Source: Methanomassiliicoccales archaeon (lineage in GTDB: Archaea > Thermoplasmatota > Thermoplasmata > SG8-5). From it: a stretch of DNA of 64,000 nt. The notes under the pieces were generated by a model that saw nothing but the letters and a program-made list of their open reading frames with translations, was not told where the DNA came from and ran no database searches. Each line of letters starts with the position of its first letter. Position 1 is the first letter of the stretch. The DNA lies in contig JAUWNU010000001.1 of the NCBI GenBank assembly GCA_030612505.1, positions 1,233 to 65,232 of the forward strand, read 5' to 3'. The position numbers were made by a program, and so were the translations under genes. Positions 18,985 through 27,965 of the stretch are shown here, piece after piece.

Positions 18985-19485
18985 TCATTTTATATTGTTC
19001 AGGCCTTCACATTTTGGAAAATTTGGATACTGATTGCATTCTTTGCATGTCTTGAGCATTTTTTTACTATTGAACAGGTTGTAGCCAATAGCAATTGCCA
19101 GGAACATGCCAATCAGTATATATTGCTCTGGTTGTGGGGCCAGCCATATGGAATACAGAATAGATGCCAATGAAATTCCTAAAATAACCCTGGACACAAT
19201 CTGCATGCTTTTTGGAAGTTTGTCCTTATAAACTATCTTTCTTATGGAATTAATCAGGAACATGGCCAGTGCTATGTAGAAAGCCATGAGATACTCAATT
19301 GAATGCAAGTCTGAAAGAAAAAATAGCAAAGCTAGAGCAATTACTGCCGAGGGGTAGATGACAAAACATCCTAGACATAGCCTCCAGCCCCGTATATTCA
19401 AGGTATGACTGGAAAAAATATCACATGAAGGATGATGGGCCAGCAGAAAAGGATTGTTTTTGAAATATTCCTTCAATCGACCCAT
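18985..19485 (-). CDS. Integral membrane protein (4-5 TM), function unknown
   Basis: Hydrophobicity pattern. Lies inside the zinc-ribbon membrane protein cluster. Confidence 0.45.
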   Translation of the reverse strand: MGRLKEYFKNNPFLLAHHPSCDIFSSHTLNIRGWRLCLGCFVIYPSAVIALALLFFLSDLHSIEYLMAFYIALAMFLINSIRKIVYKDKLPKSMQIVSRVILGISLASILYSIWLAPQPEQYILIGMFLAIAIGYNLFNSKKMLKTCKECNQYPNFPKCEGLNNIK

Positions 19486-19534
19486 ATTAGCACTCCGAAC
19501 ATGTTTATATATTCGCCGAATAAGCTATATTCAG

Positions 19535-20170
19535 CTACTGTGCAACCTGCTTGCCGCAGTGTGGACAATTATTGTAACTTGCCGGTATCTGCTGTCCGCA
19601 TCCTGTGCACACCCGGGAACCACTATTTTGCTGATCATGCCCAACCGATGCTTTGCCACAGTGGGGACAGTTGTGGTAATTTGCCAGTATCTGCTGTCCG
19701 CATCCAGTGCATATTCTCTGTGGTGGCGGTGGTGTACCATACCCTGGCGGTGGCGCTCCATATCCTGGCGGTGGTGGCATATAACCTGCCCCTCTTGTTG
19801 CGTTTATCAAATCATCAAATTTCATGTAGGCAATTAAAAGAATAATACCGGGAATCATGTTTATAAATATAAGGCCTACAATCATCCAGATAAGTGTCTT
19901 TGATTTTGCCTGCTCATATTGACCCTGGTCTATCATTTCATTTATCTTAGTGCAATTAATATAGAATAGGAATCCAAGAATCACCGGAATAATACCAACT
20001 ATCAGGAGAGGCCAAAAGATAAGCGCTAGCCAGATCATTATAATCATTCCAATTATAGCCATGATTATTCCAAATATGCCAGCAATATTAACAAGGCTCT
20101 TGATAGAATCCACTTCTGGCGGTGTCATACCATAGGGCATTGGCGGCTGTTGATAGTACTGTCCAGTCAT
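19535..20170 (-). CDS. Membrane protein with a Q/P-rich N-terminus, TM helices, a PPPGYG repeat linker and two tandem C-terminal zinc ribbons. Ends with a TAG stop.
   Basis: CTGCGQQILANYHNCPHCGK and CTGCGQQIPASYNNCPHCGK. The DNA-level duplication is visible at 19561-19620 and 19660-19720. Confidence 0.65.
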   Translation of the reverse strand: MTGQYYQQPPMPYGMTPPEVDSIKSLVNIAGIFGIIMAIIGMIIMIWLALIFWPLLIVGIIPVILGFLFYINCTKINEMIDQGQYEQAKSKTLIWMIVGLIFINMIPGIILLIAYMKFDDLINATRGAGYMPPPPGYGAPPPGYGTPPPPQRICTGCGQQILANYHNCPHCGKASVGHDQQNSGSRVCTGCGQQIPASYNNCPHCGKQVAQ

Positions 20171-20252
20171 TTTATTACCTTCCTAATTTAATCATTATGA
20201 GTTTAAACACATTATATTACAGATATATCAAACTTGCGAAAGCAGGCAATTC

Positions 20253-21011
20253 TTACTTACCCTGTATCTTCTGCAGATTATTTGCCCGTCTATTGTAGTT
20301 CAGGGCTTCTGCTTCATGGTTCTTGCTGCGTTCCAGTAATGCCTTTGCCTTCTGGCGTTTGGCTGCTGCCTTCTGTGTGTTCTTGGCAGAATTTGACATC
20401 CAGCTGCTGGATTTGCTCTTCATCCTTGCTGCTTTGGTCTTGAGTTTCGCAACCCTCACCCTGGTGCGCTCTGCCTTTCCGTCCTCAAGATATTCCAGAT
20501 CTGCCTGTTTATCATCGGCCTTGGCCATTGCATTCTTGCCTTTTTCGATGTATCTTTCGGCTTTACGCCTGGCCTTATTAGAATTTTCCTGGTACTTGAT
20601 CATGGCAGCTTCCTCTGTCATGTATTTTTTGAAAAGCTTTGCTTCCTCCGCACTGTGTTTGGCTGCCCTCTGCCTGAGAATTGTAACATCATGATATTCA
20701 GCAGCCCGCATCTTGTCATGTCTGGTATGGGCAATTTCAGCCTCAATATCTTTTTCCTGTTTTGGCTCTTCAGTCAATTCTTCTGATTCTGATGTGCTGG
20801 GTGTTTCATCTGCCGGCATCAAATAATCATGGGAATATGCTGCTTTCGAGTCATCATTCGAAAGCAGAGCCGCACTCTCCTTTTTCACTGGAGGAAGTTC
20901 TTCTTTCATCTGCGATTGCGAAGTTTCCTCTTCTTTCTTCTTACTGATGGCCTTTCCACCGCCATAGAATATCTCATCTTCCTCTTCCAAATCTGAGCTC
21001 ATAATTATCAA
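20253..21011 (-). CDS. Highly charged K/E/A-rich low-complexity protein (coiled-coil-like), hypothetical
   Basis: Long ORF with biased composition and an acidic N-terminal segment. Confidence 0.4.
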   Translation of the reverse strand: MIIMSSDLEEEDEIFYGGGKAISKKKEEETSQSQMKEELPPVKKESAALLSNDDSKAAYSHDYLMPADETPSTSESEELTEEPKQEKDIEAEIAHTRHDKMRAAEYHDVTILRQRAAKHSAEEAKLFKKYMTEEAAMIKYQENSNKARRKAERYIEKGKNAMAKADDKQADLEYLEDGKAERTRVRVAKLKTKAARMKSKSSSWMSNSAKNTQKAAAKRQKAKALLERSKNHEAEALNYNRRANNLQKIQGK

Positions 21012-21115
21012 GCCTTAATCATGATACCGGATTAAAGCTTTTCCTTTTTCCTCACTTTGATAATTGAAGCTTATAGGTATCAAAGTTAGGAAAAGCGTAA
21101 ATTTGACAACTATAA

Positions 21116-22495
21116 TTATGGATTAATTGTCAAATTTCTGCTTTTTCCTACAACCATGACAGATGCCTCAGCATCGTTAATGATTCTGAGTAATATATCC
21201 CGGCGTATGAAAGGGCTGTTCCAGTTGATGACCACAAGTTGATTGGATTTTGCCCTGACCTTCTGAACGAATTCTATTGTTGGGTCGCCGCGTACAATGT
21301 CTTCAACAACTTCAATACCATATATTCTGGCCATACGCCTGGTGTGTCCTCTAACAATGTCATATTCCACGCTTCCAGAATCATGAATGCACATTGCATA
21401 GAGTTTTGCTCCAGTATCCAGTGCCAGGCTAACTGCGCATCTGGTGCAGCGCTCACCTATCATGCTACTGTCCAGCAAATGAATAACTCGCTCATATTTT
21501 CTGCCCATAGCTATTAAAATTGAGACATCTGTGTCTGCTATTAAGCGCTTAACAAACTTCATTGGCAGTGAGTGGCCAAACATGCCTTGTTTGGCCTGAT
21601 GGACCGCAACAAGGACCCCATCATCCTTTCCAAAGGTTTTCACAAGGGCCATGAATTCTTCCAGCAAGTTGCCGATTATTGGCTTGTATTCGCCTTGAAC
21701 TCTTGCCTTTTCAAGAATTGTCCGGGCCTTGTTCAGCAAGTCATTATCTTCATGGCGATAGACCAGCTGGCAAGCCACTTTGAACCTGGTGCAGAGGAAA
21801 GCAACCTCTTTCAGCCCCTTAATGTCATCTGCAGATTGCAGAAGGTAAACTACCTTGGTTCTGGGGATGTACTGGCTTGAACTACCAGCCAGGGTTTCAA
21901 ATATCTCCACATCAATCTCACCCATAGATACCATGGAAAGAATATCTCCTTCCTTCAGAACCAATGAAGGATTTGGTTTTTGCAAATTTTGACCTTTTCT
22001 CACGGCTGCAATTATGCAATTAGGTGGCAAATTAATGTCCTTGATGCGAGTGCCCAGCACCGGAGACTCTTTGGTTATGACAATATCGGTGATGGTCTCC
22101 ATTGTTGGAAACACCTCTTCGTGAATCGCATTGATAGTTTCATTCACTGGTGAAATTAAGTGTGTAACGCCGGCTTCTTTCAATTTCTGACGATAGCTTT
22201 CATCATGTATTTTTGCTACAATCTTTTTGACTCCAAACTCGCTGGCTACCAATGCTGCCTTCCAATTTACATAGTCCTTGCTTGTAACGAGAATCAGAGC
22301 TTCTGCGGTTTCAATTCCTGCCTTCATGAGTACCTCTGGCTGCTTGCCATCTCCGCCAATGACCTGCCAGTCCGGGTGCTCTCTCCGTATGATAGTGCAT
22401 TTTGCCGGGTCTGCCTCCACCAGAATTGTATTGTCCAGCCTATCCATGAGCTCCATGCCAACTGTGCCAGCTCCCAGGATTATGATATTATTCAT
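21116..22495 (-). CDS. TrkA-N/TrkA-C (RCK) regulatory protein with C-terminal USP-like domains
   Basis: Rossmann IIILGAGTVGMELMDRL (GxGxxG). TrkA-C-like RIKDINLPPNCIIAAVRKGQ. 4-nt overlap with the upstream antiporter gene. Confidence 0.7.
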   Translation of the reverse strand: MNNIIILGAGTVGMELMDRLDNTILVEADPAKCTIIRREHPDWQVIGGDGKQPEVLMKAGIETAEALILVTSKDYVNWKAALVASEFGVKKIVAKIHDESYRQKLKEAGVTHLISPVNETINAIHEEVFPTMETITDIVITKESPVLGTRIKDINLPPNCIIAAVRKGQNLQKPNPSLVLKEGDILSMVSMGEIDVEIFETLAGSSSQYIPRTKVVYLLQSADDIKGLKEVAFLCTRFKVACQLVYRHEDNDLLNKARTILEKARVQGEYKPIIGNLLEEFMALVKTFGKDDGVLVAVHQAKQGMFGHSLPMKFVKRLIADTDVSILIAMGRKYERVIHLLDSSMIGERCTRCAVSLALDTGAKLYAMCIHDSGSVEYDIVRGHTRRMARIYGIEVVEDIVRGDPTIEFVQKVRAKSNQLVVINWNSPFIRRDILLRIINDAEASVMVVGKSRNLTINP

Positions 22496-23712
22496 TGAGC
22501 ATCAGCCCCTGGGAAAGTCTTGCGGAATAGAATTGGCGAGACAATGCTGGTAATAACACCTACCAGAATGATGACACTTTTAAGAGACTGATCAATGAGT
22601 CCCATTTCTTCACCTACTTGTGCGGCTGCGATTATTAGGCTGAGCCTGGCTGCTAGCAAAATACCTATTCCAAGGGCTTTTCTTCTGCCGTATTGAGGGA
22701 TATAAATCATGCTTGGCAATATCTTGACCAGATAGGCAACAATCAATAGCACGGGAATGAACAGAAGTGACTGAGATTCTAATATGCTCTTGAAATCGAA
22801 TGTCAACCCTAAATGAATGAAAAAGAATGGAATAAAGAAGCCGAATCCCAATCCAGAAAGCTGTTTTTCAAGTAACTCGCGCTTTTGAAATATTAAAGTG
22901 AGAACAACGCCTGCCAGGAAAGCCCCCAGTATGGCAATGGATTCTGAACCTTCCTCTCCTAACATGCCGGATATTGCCACAAATATGAACAATATGGCAA
23001 TTGAAGCACGGACTCCTATCTCTGTTGGGTCGTCCATACGGAAAAAGCGAGCCAGCATATTGGGAAATCGCCAGATTGCAGCCCTTCCAACAAGGTAAAT
23101 CGCTATGAATAAGGCAAGCAAGAAGGCCAGGAAAAGCATTGGCAATACTGTTACATTGGCACTGTCACTTCCAAAGCTAAATCCTATGGTGTAAAGCATC
23201 AGCAAGGTCATGGTTGCGAAATCCGCAAAAATAGCAGCCAGTAATATGGCCTGGCCTTCATCTGTTTTGGAAGACCTTCGTTCCCTGAGTGTTGGTACTA
23301 CAACCCCTACGGATGTTGTGCTGAGCACCAGGGCCAGGAAGAATGTATCCACACCAGCCAGTTCTACAAATACTCCTGAAAGAAAGCTGATGGCAAGATA
23401 TGATAGAATAAGAGTTGCCTCAAATAGCATTGCTGCCTTGAGTAGAGTTTTCGGGCCTTGGGAGAATATGATATTCAGGTCGATTTCCAGACCAGCCAGG
23501 AACATCAGGAATATCAGACCAATTAATGAAAGAAATTTAAGAGATTCGCCGAATTCCACAGGCCCATCACCAACAAGCCAACTATACAGTGCCACGCCTA
23601 TTCCCACAATAAGTCCGAAAATTATCTCTCCCACTACTATGGGTATGCCTATGCGCTCGCATACCAGAGGCGCTATGAAGGCCAGCAGGGCAACAATAAC
23701 CAAAATTATCAA
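22492..23712 (-). CDS. Monovalent cation:proton antiporter (CPA/Kef-type Na+/H+ or K+/H+ exchanger)
   Basis: About 12 predicted TM helices. Typical Na_H_exchanger composition. Operon with the TrkA-domain protein. Confidence 0.7.
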   Translation of the reverse strand: MIILVIVALLAFIAPLVCERIGIPIVVGEIIFGLIVGIGVALYSWLVGDGPVEFGESLKFLSLIGLIFLMFLAGLEIDLNIIFSQGPKTLLKAAMLFEATLILSYLAISFLSGVFVELAGVDTFFLALVLSTTSVGVVVPTLRERRSSKTDEGQAILLAAIFADFATMTLLMLYTIGFSFGSDSANVTVLPMLFLAFLLALFIAIYLVGRAAIWRFPNMLARFFRMDDPTEIGVRASIAILFIFVAISGMLGEEGSESIAILGAFLAGVVLTLIFQKRELLEKQLSGLGFGFFIPFFFIHLGLTFDFKSILESQSLLFIPVLLIVAYLVKILPSMIYIPQYGRRKALGIGILLAARLSLIIAAAQVGEEMGLIDQSLKSVIILVGVITSIVSPILFRKTFPGADAQ

Positions 23713-23856
23713 TGGTTCGATATAACTTCCTCCTCACTAAACATGCCAGACATTGTAATGCATTACAGAATATATATTGATTATTACATTATACAAAATG
23801 ACAATTTTGGGAATATACTTATAAACTCATACTGGCTAATGAATATTAGGTATGAT

Positions 23857-24102
23857 ATGAACGAAGAAGCATTAATTAAAATTAAACAGGCATTGGATAA
23901 TTCCATATGCCCCCATGGCTGCAAATGCTATCGAATTAAGCCGGATGAGATATGCAAGGCCAGGGTAACCGATCTAGAAAATCTATTGGAATGCCTTGAG
24001 GATGAACCAGAACACTGCACATTCTCAATGGCCTTCGGCGGCATATATTATTGCAAGTGTCAGGTGAGAATCGAATTGGCAAAAATTTTGAATGAATCAT
24101 GA
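23857..24102 (+). CDS. Small Cys-rich protein (8 Cys; possible metal-binding), start uncertain
   Basis: CPHGCKCY...C..C...CKCQ pattern. The ORF track gives a longer AT-rich N-terminal extension that is probably non-coding. Confidence 0.3.
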   Translation: MNEEALIKIKQALDNSICPHGCKCYRIKPDEICKARVTDLENLLECLEDEPEHCTFSMAFGGIYYCKCQVRIELAKILNES

Positions 24103-24339
24103 TTTAGAAATAATTTCTTCGCTAGCCTTTTTCAGACCGCCAGGGCCTTTAGCCAGTACAAAATTCAACCCAACTTTTTCTGCAACCAGTCTATCGCTTT
24201 CAAAGTCCCCTACAAACCAGGATTTTGCATAGTCAATGTCATACTTATCATTGACCTTGTCGAACATGAAGATTATGGCATGGATGCCTTTTTTGAACGG
24301 TTCTTTTCTTTTAATCATGAGAATACCGAATTTAGCCAA
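24097..24339 (-). pseudogene. Chimeric remnant: 5' end similar to the adjacent membrane-protein gene (MIKRKEPFKKGIHAIIF) fused to a 3' fragment of a gmhB paralog
   Basis: C-terminal FDKVNDKYDIDYAKSWFVGDFESDRLVAEKVGLNFVLAKGPGGLKKASEEI versus GmhB FDQVNEKYDVDYANSWFVGDFESDREIAERMGLRFKLARGDGGLRKAVEEI. About 75 percent nucleotide identity. The HAD catalytic DxD N-terminus is missing. Confidence 0.7.
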
Positions 24340-24766
24340 TTTCTATGCAATCATGGTCATCTGTTTTCACCAAGTCCAATATGAACAAAACGAGATTCAA
24401 TACCTGTATTGCTACGATAATCGTAACCAGGGCGTAAAGCAGCCTTTCATTCTCTATGGTAGCGATGGTAAAAATAAATGCAAATACAAAAGGAATGGCA
24501 AAAGTAGCCCCCGCAAGCCTCACCACTAATTCATATTTCTGGATTTTTTCTTTATCCCGGTTCTTGATATCCAATTTGTAGGCGTAATAAAAACACAGAC
24601 CCATCAGGAAGAGAGAGATAAATACCAATATTACCCAGAACACCTGATTAAAAGAATTGTCTGGGCCAAGCCGAATAAATAAAAAGAGGATACCCAATAA
24701 AACAACACCGTACATGATGATTATGGCATGGATGGCTCTTTTAAAGGGTTCTTTTCTTTCGAACAT
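24332..24766 (-). CDS. Small membrane protein (4 TM), hypothetical
   Basis: N-terminus MFERKEPFKRAIHAIII shared with the chimeric remnant. Hydrophobic helices. Confidence 0.5.
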   Translation of the reverse strand: MFERKEPFKRAIHAIIIMYGVVLLGILFLFIRLGPDNSFNQVFWVILVFISLFLMGLCFYYAYKLDIKNRDKEKIQKYELVVRLAGATFAIPFVFAFIFTIATIENERLLYALVTIIVAIQVLNLVLFILDLVKTDDHDCIEIG

Positions 24767-24802
24767 GGAAATCCTACCTTTGACTTTCTAACCTCGCAAC
24801 TA

Positions 24803-25300
24803 TCAACCTATAATGTTTTTCAGTATTTCTTCAACCGCCTTCCTCAACCCGCCGTCGCCCCTTGCCAGCTTGAACCTCAATCCCATTCTCTCCGCTATCT
24901 CCCGGTCGCTTTCAAAGTCCCCCACAAACCATGAATTTGCATAGTCCACGTCATACTTCTCATTGACCTGGTCGAATAATCCAGTTTCAGGCTTTCTGCA
25001 TTTGCAATTGTCCTCTGGAGCATGGGGACAGTAAAACACTTCCTCCACAATTCCGCCGCCTTCCTCTATCTCGAAAAGCATATTGTTGTGAATGACCTCA
25101 AGTCCCTCTTCTGTCAAGAGTCCCCGGCCAATTGGTGACTGATTGGTAATAATAATAATCTTGTAGCCAGCTCCAGATATTTCTGCTATGGCCTTTATTG
25201 CGCCTTCCAGGAACTCAAATTCTGGCCATGAAAGTACATACTTCCCAAGCTCGAGACGGTTAATGACTCCATCACGGTCCAGAAAGACAAATTTATCCAC
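24803..25300 (-). CDS. gmhB: D-glycero-D-manno-heptose 1,7-bisphosphate phosphatase (HAD-IIIA, GmhB)
   Basis: FLDRDGVIN motif I. HAD-IIIA size (165 aa). Operon with gmhA, hddA and hddC. Confidence 0.8.
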   Translation of the reverse strand: MDKFVFLDRDGVINRLELGKYVLSWPEFEFLEGAIKAIAEISGAGYKIIIITNQSPIGRGLLTEEGLEVIHNNMLFEIEEGGGIVEEVFYCPHAPEDNCKCRKPETGLFDQVNEKYDVDYANSWFVGDFESDREIAERMGLRFKLARGDGGLRKAVEEILKNIIG

Positions 25301-25886
25301 GCCTGGCCAACTCCTCTTCCTTGAGCATTAGAGTTGTCAAATGGTCAACAAGCATGTGTATGTCTTCGGTTTTCTGCATATTGTGAACTGGCACAATGAG
25401 GCATAAATCTACCATATCCTTAATCTTGCCGCCGTCAAAGCCAGTTATTCCCACAGTGGTCCCATCATTCTCGTTTGCATAGCTTATTGCCCGCAGCACA
25501 TTCTCGGAATTTCCGGAGCCAGAGATTCCAACAACAATATCCCCCGGTTCCATGAGATTCTTCAATTGCTCTATGAAAATGTCCTCATAACATGAATCAT
25601 TACCCCATGCCAGCATCTGTGGAATATTATCCGCAAGACTCAGTACCTTAAAACGAGGTACCCCTTCAACAATTGTGCCTTTGGCCAGGTCGCTGGTGAA
25701 GTGAGAAGCTGTTGAAGCACTTCCACCATTGCCGCAAAAAAATATTTTGCGATTATCTGCCCTGGCTTCCATGAAAATGGTGGCCAGTTGGTCAAAAAAA
25801 TCTGCATTATTCACCTTGATATCCTCAAGTATCCGGATAATATCGTTCAGGTAGTCGTTTATAAATTTTTCACGGAATTCATTCAT
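25293..25886 (-). CDS. gmhA: Phosphoheptose (sedoheptulose-7-phosphate) isomerase GmhA (SIS domain)
   Basis: SIS motif FFCGNGGSASTASHFTSDL. About 195 aa. Confidence 0.85.
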   Translation of the reverse strand: MNEFREKFINDYLNDIIRILEDIKVNNADFFDQLATIFMEARADNRKIFFCGNGGSASTASHFTSDLAKGTIVEGVPRFKVLSLADNIPQMLAWGNDSCYEDIFIEQLKNLMEPGDIVVGISGSGNSENVLRAISYANENDGTTVGITGFDGGKIKDMVDLCLIVPVHNMQKTEDIHMLVDHLTTLMLKEEELARRG

Positions 25887-25890
25887 TTTA

Positions 25891-26901
25891 TCAATCTCCG
25901 TTGATTATTGTGGCGCCTTTTTTATCGAAATGGAAGTCCAGCGGGCTTAAACCTTCCTTCACCATGGCCTTGGTAACTGCTTTCTGATGCGGTTTATCAC
26001 AATACACCATGAAGTAACCTCCGCCACCTGCACCTGTGAGCTTACCGCCAAGTGCGCCGTTCTTCTTGGCCAGTTCATACATCTTATCGATTCTGGGATT
26101 AGAAATACCCTTGGCTAGATTTTTCTTGAACTGCCATGATTCGTCCAGAAGTCGCCCGAACTCATTCAGGTCTCCAGACTCTAGAGCCTTCTTAACCTCA
26201 AAAGCTATCTCTTTAATTTTATGAAGTGACTCAACAACTTCTCCCTTATCATCTCTTGTAGATTTATCCTGGCTCTTGAGAATCTTTGAGGACTCGCGGG
26301 TTCTGCCAGTGAAGAAGAGCATGATATCATCCTCCATGCGAACACGAACTTCCCTGGCTATATTGAGAGGTTCAACTTCCACAGTTCCATCTTTATTAAA
26401 TTGCATGAAATTTACACCGCCAAAGGCAGCAGCATACTCATCTTGCTTGCCAATTGGCATCTTCAGTTCATTGTATCCAATATCATATGCCAGTTCAGCT
26501 ATTTCCTGCTTTGTGAGTTTTAATCTCTCAAGCTCATTAATGATATTGATTATATTTACTGTCACAGTGCCAGATGAACCTAATCCAGTGCCCGGCGGAA
26601 TCTCACTTGCCATGAATATATTAAGGCCGCGCTGAACATTAAAATGCTTTAGAACAGCAACTGGAATATCAAGCCCTTTTCCCAGCTTCAGGTCATAAAA
26701 ATCCTTCACAGTATGATGAACCTGCAAATCCGAAGAAATGAGCTGAATTCGGTCATCCAGTCTTATCTCTAGAATGGTGTAAAAATACTTGTTTATGGCT
26801 GCGCTTACAACAACTCCACCATACTTCTCGTAGTATGATGCTAGGTCTGTCCCGCCTCCGCCAAAGCTTATTCTTACTGGTGAACGACTAATCAGTGTCA
26901 T
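25891..26901 (-). CDS. hddA: GHMP kinase, D-glycero-D-manno-heptose 7-phosphate kinase (HddA-type)
   Basis: GHMP motif PPGTGLGSSGTVTV. Context between gmhA and a nucleotidyltransferase. Confidence 0.75.
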   Translation of the reverse strand: MTLISRSPVRISFGGGGTDLASYYEKYGGVVVSAAINKYFYTILEIRLDDRIQLISSDLQVHHTVKDFYDLKLGKGLDIPVAVLKHFNVQRGLNIFMASEIPPGTGLGSSGTVTVNIINIINELERLKLTKQEIAELAYDIGYNELKMPIGKQDEYAAAFGGVNFMQFNKDGTVEVEPLNIAREVRVRMEDDIMLFFTGRTRESSKILKSQDKSTRDDKGEVVESLHKIKEIAFEVKKALESGDLNEFGRLLDESWQFKKNLAKGISNPRIDKMYELAKKNGALGGKLTGAGGGGYFMVYCDKPHQKAVTKAMVKEGLSPLDFHFDKKGATIINGD

Positions 26902-27589
26902 TTATTTCCCTTCTGGCCAGTTCCAGTCCTTCTGGGGTTCCTATATCATAGAACCTCTGGCTGGTCAATAGTCCAAAAAGGCGACCTGTATTTATTAATT
27001 TTGGGAATATGGATTCCTCCAGGGAAAATATACGTCCAGGCGCATAATCCAGTATATCTCTGCTGAAAAGTGAAAGTCCGGCTTCCAGGCCGTTCATTGA
27101 GTCCGGCGAATTCTTCTTGATATAGTCCATTATTCGCCCATCTGGCATTATGCGAGTATTGTTTGGCGCGATATTGTCATTGTTCAGATAAATTGAAATT
27201 ACACCCTGGGCATCATTCTCCTCCTGAACTCTTGCCAGATGCCTTAATTCCAGCGGTAAATAACTATCTCCAAATGCAAAGAAGAATTTTTCGTCAAGCA
27301 AATGCCTGGCATTCAGCAGAGCGCCTCCGGTTCCCAGAGGTTCAAGCTCCACAGAATGAACTATTTCAACACCATGCTGGCTGCCGTCTCCAAAATGCTC
27401 TTCAATATGCTCATGAAGATGGCCGGTGCAGAACACGAATTTCTGAATGCCTTGGGCTTTGAAATATTCAACCAGTATCTCCAGAAAAGGACGCTGGCCG
27501 AAGGGAATCATTGACTTGGGAATGTCATATGTTAATGGATGAAGCCTTGTTCCCAGGCCACCGCAAAGAAATACTGCCTGCTTTACCAT
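26888..27589 (-). CDS. hddC: Sugar-1-phosphate nucleotidyltransferase, D-glycero-D-manno-heptose 1-phosphate guanylyltransferase (HddC-type). Start set at MVKQAVFLCGG; the longer ORF-track N-terminus runs into the repeat element.
   Basis: AVFLCGGLGTRLHPLTYDIPKSMIPF (GGxGTRL signature). About 230 aa. Confidence 0.75.
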   Translation of the reverse strand: MVKQAVFLCGGLGTRLHPLTYDIPKSMIPFGQRPFLEILVEYFKAQGIQKFVFCTGHLHEHIEEHFGDGSQHGVEIVHSVELEPLGTGGALLNARHLLDEKFFFAFGDSYLPLELRHLARVQEENDAQGVISIYLNNDNIAPNNTRIMPDGRIMDYIKKNSPDSMNGLEAGLSLFSRDILDYAPGRIFSLEESIFPKLINTGRLFGLLTSQRFYDIGTPEGLELARREINDTD

Positions 27590-27721
27590 AATATCACTTG
27601 TAAACCACCAGGCCTTAAAATATTTGGCGTTCTTATTCATGCCTGTATGTTTCCAAAAGGCCAGTCGCACACCTAACTTCTCGGAACTATCGGTTCCGAG
27701 TTTATTAAACACGCGCCACAC

Positions 27722-27785
27722 CCTAATACCGCTGCTTTCGGGTATGGCCCGAAAGCAGAGCAACCTTCAGGTTTGCGGATACAGG
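27722..27785 (+). repeat. Partial copy of the hairpin element (GCTGCTTTCGGGtatggCCCGAAAGCAGAG) fused to the GAACCTTCAGGTTTGCGGAT motif
   Basis: Shares both sub-motifs with the 15586-15818 region. Confidence 0.65.
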
Positions 27786-27838
27786 GTGCTCATCAAAATG
27801 ATATATTTCATTTTATTGGATTGGCGTGTTTTTAATAA

Positions 27839-27921
27839 GGGCTCCCAGGTATCCGATAGGGATACCGCTGCTTTCGGGCGTTAACCCGAAAGCAGACCAT
27901 CCTTTAGGGTGGGGAGCCCTC
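27839..27921 (+). repeat. Copy 2 of the approx. 70-nt hairpin element, here embedded in an outer inverted repeat GGGCTCCC...GGGAGCCC
   Basis: GATAGGGATACCGCTGCTTTCGGGCGTTAACCCGAAAGCAGACCATCCTTTAGGGTGGGGAGCCCTCA, more than 90 percent identical to 15749-15818. Confidence 0.7.
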
Positions 27922-27965
27922 ATTTGATTAGAAATGTACGGTATGCGACGATCATTCACGCGTTA

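Noticed and set aside
26888-27763. Long N-terminal extensions in the ORF track for hddC (27590-27763), the KaiC-like gene (40030-40068), the small Cys-rich gene (23743-23856) and the DUF5678-like gene (11076-11129)
   Set aside because: The extensions run through repeat elements or AT-rich promoter-like sequence and lack similarity to the protein families. The internal Met positions give canonical N-termini.
15749-27921. Integrated mobile element bounded by the 70-nt direct repeats at 15.7 and 27.9 kb
   Set aside because: The intervening 12 kb encodes housekeeping and metabolic genes (SAM synthetase, TrkA/antiporter, heptose pathway) with no integrase, transposase or replication genes. The repeat family is more likely a small RNA or MITE-like element.
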